Assembly: GCA_009885745.1 (NCBI GenBank)
Contig: VFKC01000042.1
Span: 11,555-75,554, forward strand
Direction of reading: 5' to 3'
From: Actinomycetota bacterium
GTDB lineage: Bacteria > Actinomycetota > Actinomycetes > S36-B12 > UBA5976
DNA: 64,000 bases
Position numbers and translations under genes: made by a program. Under the pieces are notes generated by a model. It was given only the letters and a program-made list of their open reading frames with translations, made no database searches and had not been told where the DNA came from. Within the stretch, counting starts at the first letter, position 1; each line of letters begins with the position of its first letter. Positions 60,816 to 64,000 of the stretch are shown in pieces.

Positions 60816-62309
60816 TTAGCCGTTGGTTGGGAAACCTAGGTTTATTCCACCGTGGCTTGGATCAAGCCAGCGACTGGTAACTACTTTGCCGCGAGTGAAA
60901 AAATGTACACCCTCGGCGCCATGGGCATGAGTATCGCCAAATAATGAAGATTTCCAGCCGCCAAATGAGTAATAAGCCATTGGGACAGGAATTGGCACAT
61001 TGATGCCAATCATGCCAACTTCTACTTCATTTTGGAACCGTCGCGCTGCGCCACCATCGTTGGTGAAAATCGCAGTTCCATTTCCGTATGGATGATCATT
61101 GATGAGCTTTAATCCTTCGTCATAAGTTGCAACGCGAACAACTGATAAAACAGGACCGAAAATCTCATCCGTGTAAATGCTCATATCGGTTGTTACATTG
61201 TCGAACAAAGTTGGTCCAATGAAATAGCCCGCACCATCGCTATCGGCAATCACATCACGACCATCAACAACAATTGTTGCTCCTTGGGCCACACCTTCAT
61301 CAATGTACGACTTGACCTTGTCGCGATGGGCTGCAGTTACTAATGGGCCCATATCGCTATCACGCGTACCGTCACCCGTGCGAATCTTGGAAACACGTTC
61401 AGCGATTTTTGCAACCAGCGCATCTGCGATTGGCTCAATGGCCACCAGGGCTGAGATTGCCATGCATCGTTCACCCGCTGATCCGAAACCGGCGTTTACC
61501 GCAGAGTCTGCTGCCAAATCTAAATCAGCATCGGGCAGAACAAGCATGTGATTTTTTGCACCACCAAGTGCTTGCACTCGTTTGCCGTGTGCAGTTCCAG
61601 TTTCGTAAATGTATTTTGCAATCGGCGTTGATCCAACGAAGCTAATGCTCTTTATGTCTGGATGTGTGAGCATCCGGTCAACGGCTTCCTTGTCGCCATG
61701 GATTACATTGAAAACGCCATCAGGTAAGCCCGCATCTTTCCACAATTGTGCGATGAAGTTTTGGGCCGAGGGATCTTTTTCACTTGGCTTGATGATCACG
61801 GTATTTCCCGCGGCTATCGCTATAGGGAAGAACCACATTGGCACCATCGCCGGAAAATTAAATGGTGAAATTACGCCGACAACTCCGAGAGGTTGACGGA
61901 TGCTGTACACATCAACCCCAGTAGATACAGATTCACTAAAACCACCCTTGAGAAGGTGAGGTATGCCGCAAGCAAATTCAACAACTTCTTGACCACGAGA
62001 GATTTCACCAAGTGCATCTGAAAGCACCTTGCCGTGCTCGGCGGTAATGATTGCCGCTAGTTCCTCTTTGCGTGCATTCAGTAATTCGCGGAAGGCAAAC
62101 ATGATGCTCACGCGCTTGGTGATGGAAGTAGCCGCCCAGTCAATGCTTGCTTGCTTTGCGACAGCAACGGCGTGGTCCATTAGCTCTGTATTGGCAAAAT
62201 CAACAGTGCCCGATTGCGCGCCAGTTGCTGGATTAAATACTGCTCCAGTGCGCTCGGCCATTCCTGACCATTCCTGGCCACCAATCCAATGGGTGATGCG
62301 TGTGCTCAT
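60816..62309 (-). CDS. mmsA: CoA-acylating methylmalonate-semialdehyde dehydrogenase
   Basis: 497-aa aldehyde dehydrogenase with an MmsA/IolA-like N-terminus (ITHWIGGQEW) and catalytic Cys region GERCMA. AGGAG SD. Confidence 0.8.
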   Translation of the reverse strand: MSTRITHWIGGQEWSGMAERTGAVFNPATGAQSGTVDFANTELMDHAVAVAKQASIDWAATSITKRVSIMFAFRELLNARKEELAAIITAEHGKVLSDALGEISRGQEVVEFACGIPHLLKGGFSESVSTGVDVYSIRQPLGVVGVISPFNFPAMVPMWFFPIAIAAGNTVIIKPSEKDPSAQNFIAQLWKDAGLPDGVFNVIHGDKEAVDRMLTHPDIKSISFVGSTPIAKYIYETGTAHGKRVQALGGAKNHMLVLPDADLDLAADSAVNAGFGSAGERCMAISALVAIEPIADALVAKIAERVSKIRTGDGTRDSDMGPLVTAAHRDKVKSYIDEGVAQGATIVVDGRDVIADSDGAGYFIGPTLFDNVTTDMSIYTDEIFGPVLSVVRVATYDEGLKLINDHPYGNGTAIFTNDGGAARRFQNEVEVGMIGINVPIPVPMAYYSFGGWKSSLFGDTHAHGAEGVHFFTRGKVVTSRWLDPSHGGINLGFPTNG

Positions 62310-62490
62310 AACAAAACTCCTCGGTTCACTAAGTCAAATCTATTGCACGATTGGGCTGTCGGTGACGAGTTCTTGGCGCTGAGCGCTAGAAGGCCCCTGC
62401 GCATTTGAGCATCGTGGAGAGGCTTGGCAGGGGCTCGTTCAGGACTTAGTCGGCCGTCACCCAGAATGTGTTGGTGAGTGAATCAGTTCT

Positions 62491-63072
62491 TCAGTGCGTC
62501 AGTGCTGAGCCGACAATGTCTCCCACTTCGACTTTGACGGGCATTCCGGTGATTTCCTCATAAATCATCGTGAGTTGCTCCATGGATTTAGACTTCAGCG
62601 CTGCGGAGCCTGTCGACACCATGAGTCCATCTCGCGATTGGGTGCCATGTATAAGAGTGGGTTGCCATGGCAGCCCTCTCAACTTGGACATGAGTAGTCG
62701 TGCAGCGGACATAATTTCGCCCCCGGAGTAGATAGCTGGCTGAACGACCAAAGTGACTCCCTCCGAGGTCGCCACGGATTTCAGGTCGATTAACTCAGAA
62801 GGAAGTTCTCCCTTCCAGCGCACGATCAGGGTCTGGTTAGGCACATCGACTTCGGCACCAGCAAAACCAGTCTTATCTGGTAGGGCATACACGCGATCAG
62901 CAATGGAGTCGAGTAGTTCATCGGTCTTTGCAGAGGCAGAAATCGAGACATGTGCCCTGGGGGTTGCTGATGGTTCCACTGCGCCGGTAGCGTTCGCAAA
63001 ATTAACGACGAAGCTACAGACTGCTAGGGCACTCACCGTCAGGAGTGCTGTGCGCTTATTTGAAATGACCAT
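62491..63072 (-). CDS. secreted protein resembling a free-standing alpha-lytic/streptogrisin (S1E) protease prodomain, with no catalytic domain
   Basis: Signal peptide MVISNKRTALLTVSALAVCSFVVNFANATGA. FAGAEVDVPNQTLIVRWKG...GVTLVVQPAIYS and a second similar unit mirror the SGPB propeptide pattern. ATG 63072 has an AAAGG SD; the ORF-track GTG is 63081. Confidence 0.4.
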   Translation of the reverse strand: MVISNKRTALLTVSALAVCSFVVNFANATGAVEPSATPRAHVSISASAKTDELLDSIADRVYALPDKTGFAGAEVDVPNQTLIVRWKGELPSELIDLKSVATSEGVTLVVQPAIYSGGEIMSAARLLMSKLRGLPWQPTLIHGTQSRDGLMVSTGSAALKSKSMEQLTMIYEEITGMPVKVEVGDIVGSALTH

Positions 63073-63346
63073 GCGTTTCACCTTTCGTAGCCTTCATACC
63101 ATTATGTGCCAAGACCGCTCGTTCCTGCAGGTATAAATGATCTTCTTTGCAATATGTTGAAATAATTGAGTATCACACTAATCAGTTCCGCTCATAGCCC
63201 TGCGTTTTCTATGAGATTTGCGCTAATCACAAAGCCCTTGACAGACGATTAACAAGCCTAGGAAAACCACAGGGAACGATGGGTCGACGCCCTGAACAAG
63301 TGAGAGCGCTTTGTTGCATACAATGCAGCGTGCTCTGCCTAACTCC

Positions 63347-64000
63347 TCATGGGGATGTCTCCAACGAGACGCCCCAGAAAGTCAGCAGGGGGTTGATACC
63401 GACGTAAAAAAACTGGTCGGCGCACAGAACACCAGGGACGGCCAAACTAGGACATGAAACTGTCCAACCACTAGCGAATCCAGAAATGATCCCCTTGGCG
63501 CGAACACGACCATCGGCGTTATATCCGTAAACAGGACCACCGCTGTCACCTTGAGCGATAGCAATGTCTTGATTGGATGAAGTGGCGACACTTCCGTAGC
63601 AGTCAAACCCTGTCACGGGACAACCGAAGAGTGCTTGAGAGTCTGTCACGGTCAGCCCGCAGTGTTCCCCCGAATTTGCTCCAGATGTACACACTGAGTT
63701 GCCGACGACAGTCGCAGATGGGGCAGCCACGCTTAATTTGTAATGCGGATGAGCACTGGTGGCATACCATGGACCGCCATGCACTTTGCCTTGTGTGCCA
63801 TTTGTAGGATCTATCAATAGTGATTCCCAATCGTGCTGTCGAACTTGAACAAATGCAGCGCCGTTAGTCAGCTGCACAGACCCAACGCCGTTGGACCACG
63901 CGGCGTTTCCTGACAAGTCACAATGAGCGGCAGACAACAAACGCCCGGCACTACCACTAAGCACCGCGAATCCGGTTGAGCAATAGCCTGAGGTTTCAGA
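63347..64000 (-). CDS. chymotrypsin-fold serine protease, streptogrisin/alpha-lytic (S1E) type; 5' end lies outside the window
   Basis: The frame is open to the window edge (SETSGYCSTGFAVLSGSAGRLLSAAHC). Catalytic His in AAHC and Ser in GDSGGPVY. Paired Cys are typical of S1E. Confidence 0.85.
   Translation of the reverse strand, partial: SETSGYCSTGFAVLSGSAGRLLSAAHCDLSGNAAWSNGVGSVQLTNGAAFVQVRQHDWESLLIDPTNGTQGKVHGGPWYATSAHPHYKLSVAAPSATVVGNSVCTSGANSGEHCGLTVTDSQALFGCPVTGFDCYGSVATSSNQDIAIAQGDSGGPVYGYNADGRVRAKGIISGFASGWTVSCPSLAVPGVLCADQFFYVGINPLLTFWGVSLETSP

Noticed and set aside
62400-64000. Apparent GC rise over the protease locus, suggesting horizontal transfer.
   Set aside because: Spot counts of 60-nt lines gave 53-55 percent here, against 48-53 percent in backbone lines. 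That is not clearly different without a proper sliding-window calculation.

Overview
A 64-kb piece of an actinobacterial chromosome, about half G+C by spot counts of a few 60-nt lines. All function calls rest on motif recognition in the supplied translations; no database search was possible.

Layout:
- 224-9785: a gap-free nine-gene plus-strand operon. It joins sulfite/APS reduction (sir, cysH), siroheme synthesis (cysG, sirB) and the tetrapyrrole trunk (hemA, hemC, hemD, hemB, hemL).
- 9.8-27.5 kb: an accessory-looking stretch. It holds a decayed katG relic with an orphaned repeat-bearing promoter region, a PLP Orn/Lys/Arg decarboxylase and a 2064-aa secreted protein of about 21 Fn3-like repeats with no recognisable wall anchor. 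It also holds a LuxR-type regulator plus an ABC-2 exporter pair, NDH-2, and the retinal synthase blh translationally coupled to a small GerE/LuxR-type HTH protein with a Cys-rich tail. A DUF998-SDR/DUF2867 operon, a DUF4328-like membrane protein and deoD follow, and the stretch ends at tRNA-Asn(GTT).
- 27.5-58.5 kb: classical actinobacterial backbone on the minus strand. Order as read left to right: dnaG-dgt-dus-glyQS, uppS-recO, era, corC-ybeY-phoH, HIT, rsmE-dnaJ-hrcA (with a CIRCE operator), hemW-lepA, rpsT, holA, comEC-comEA, degV, leuS. There is one obvious insertion, a multidomain secreted GH16 glucanase between holA and comEC.
- 58.6-64 kb: OYE flavin reductase, ornithine carbamoyltransferase, mmsA, a secreted protein that looks like a free-standing alpha-lytic-protease prodomain, and a 5'-truncated streptogrisin-like S1 protease.

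I saw no rRNA, CRISPR array, transposase, integrase or prophage gene. I cannot point to a complete new system with confidence. The best leads are the giant Fn3 protein with its neighbouring LuxR/ABC-2 module, the blh-HTH coupled pair, the katG relic and the orphan protease-prodomain gene.
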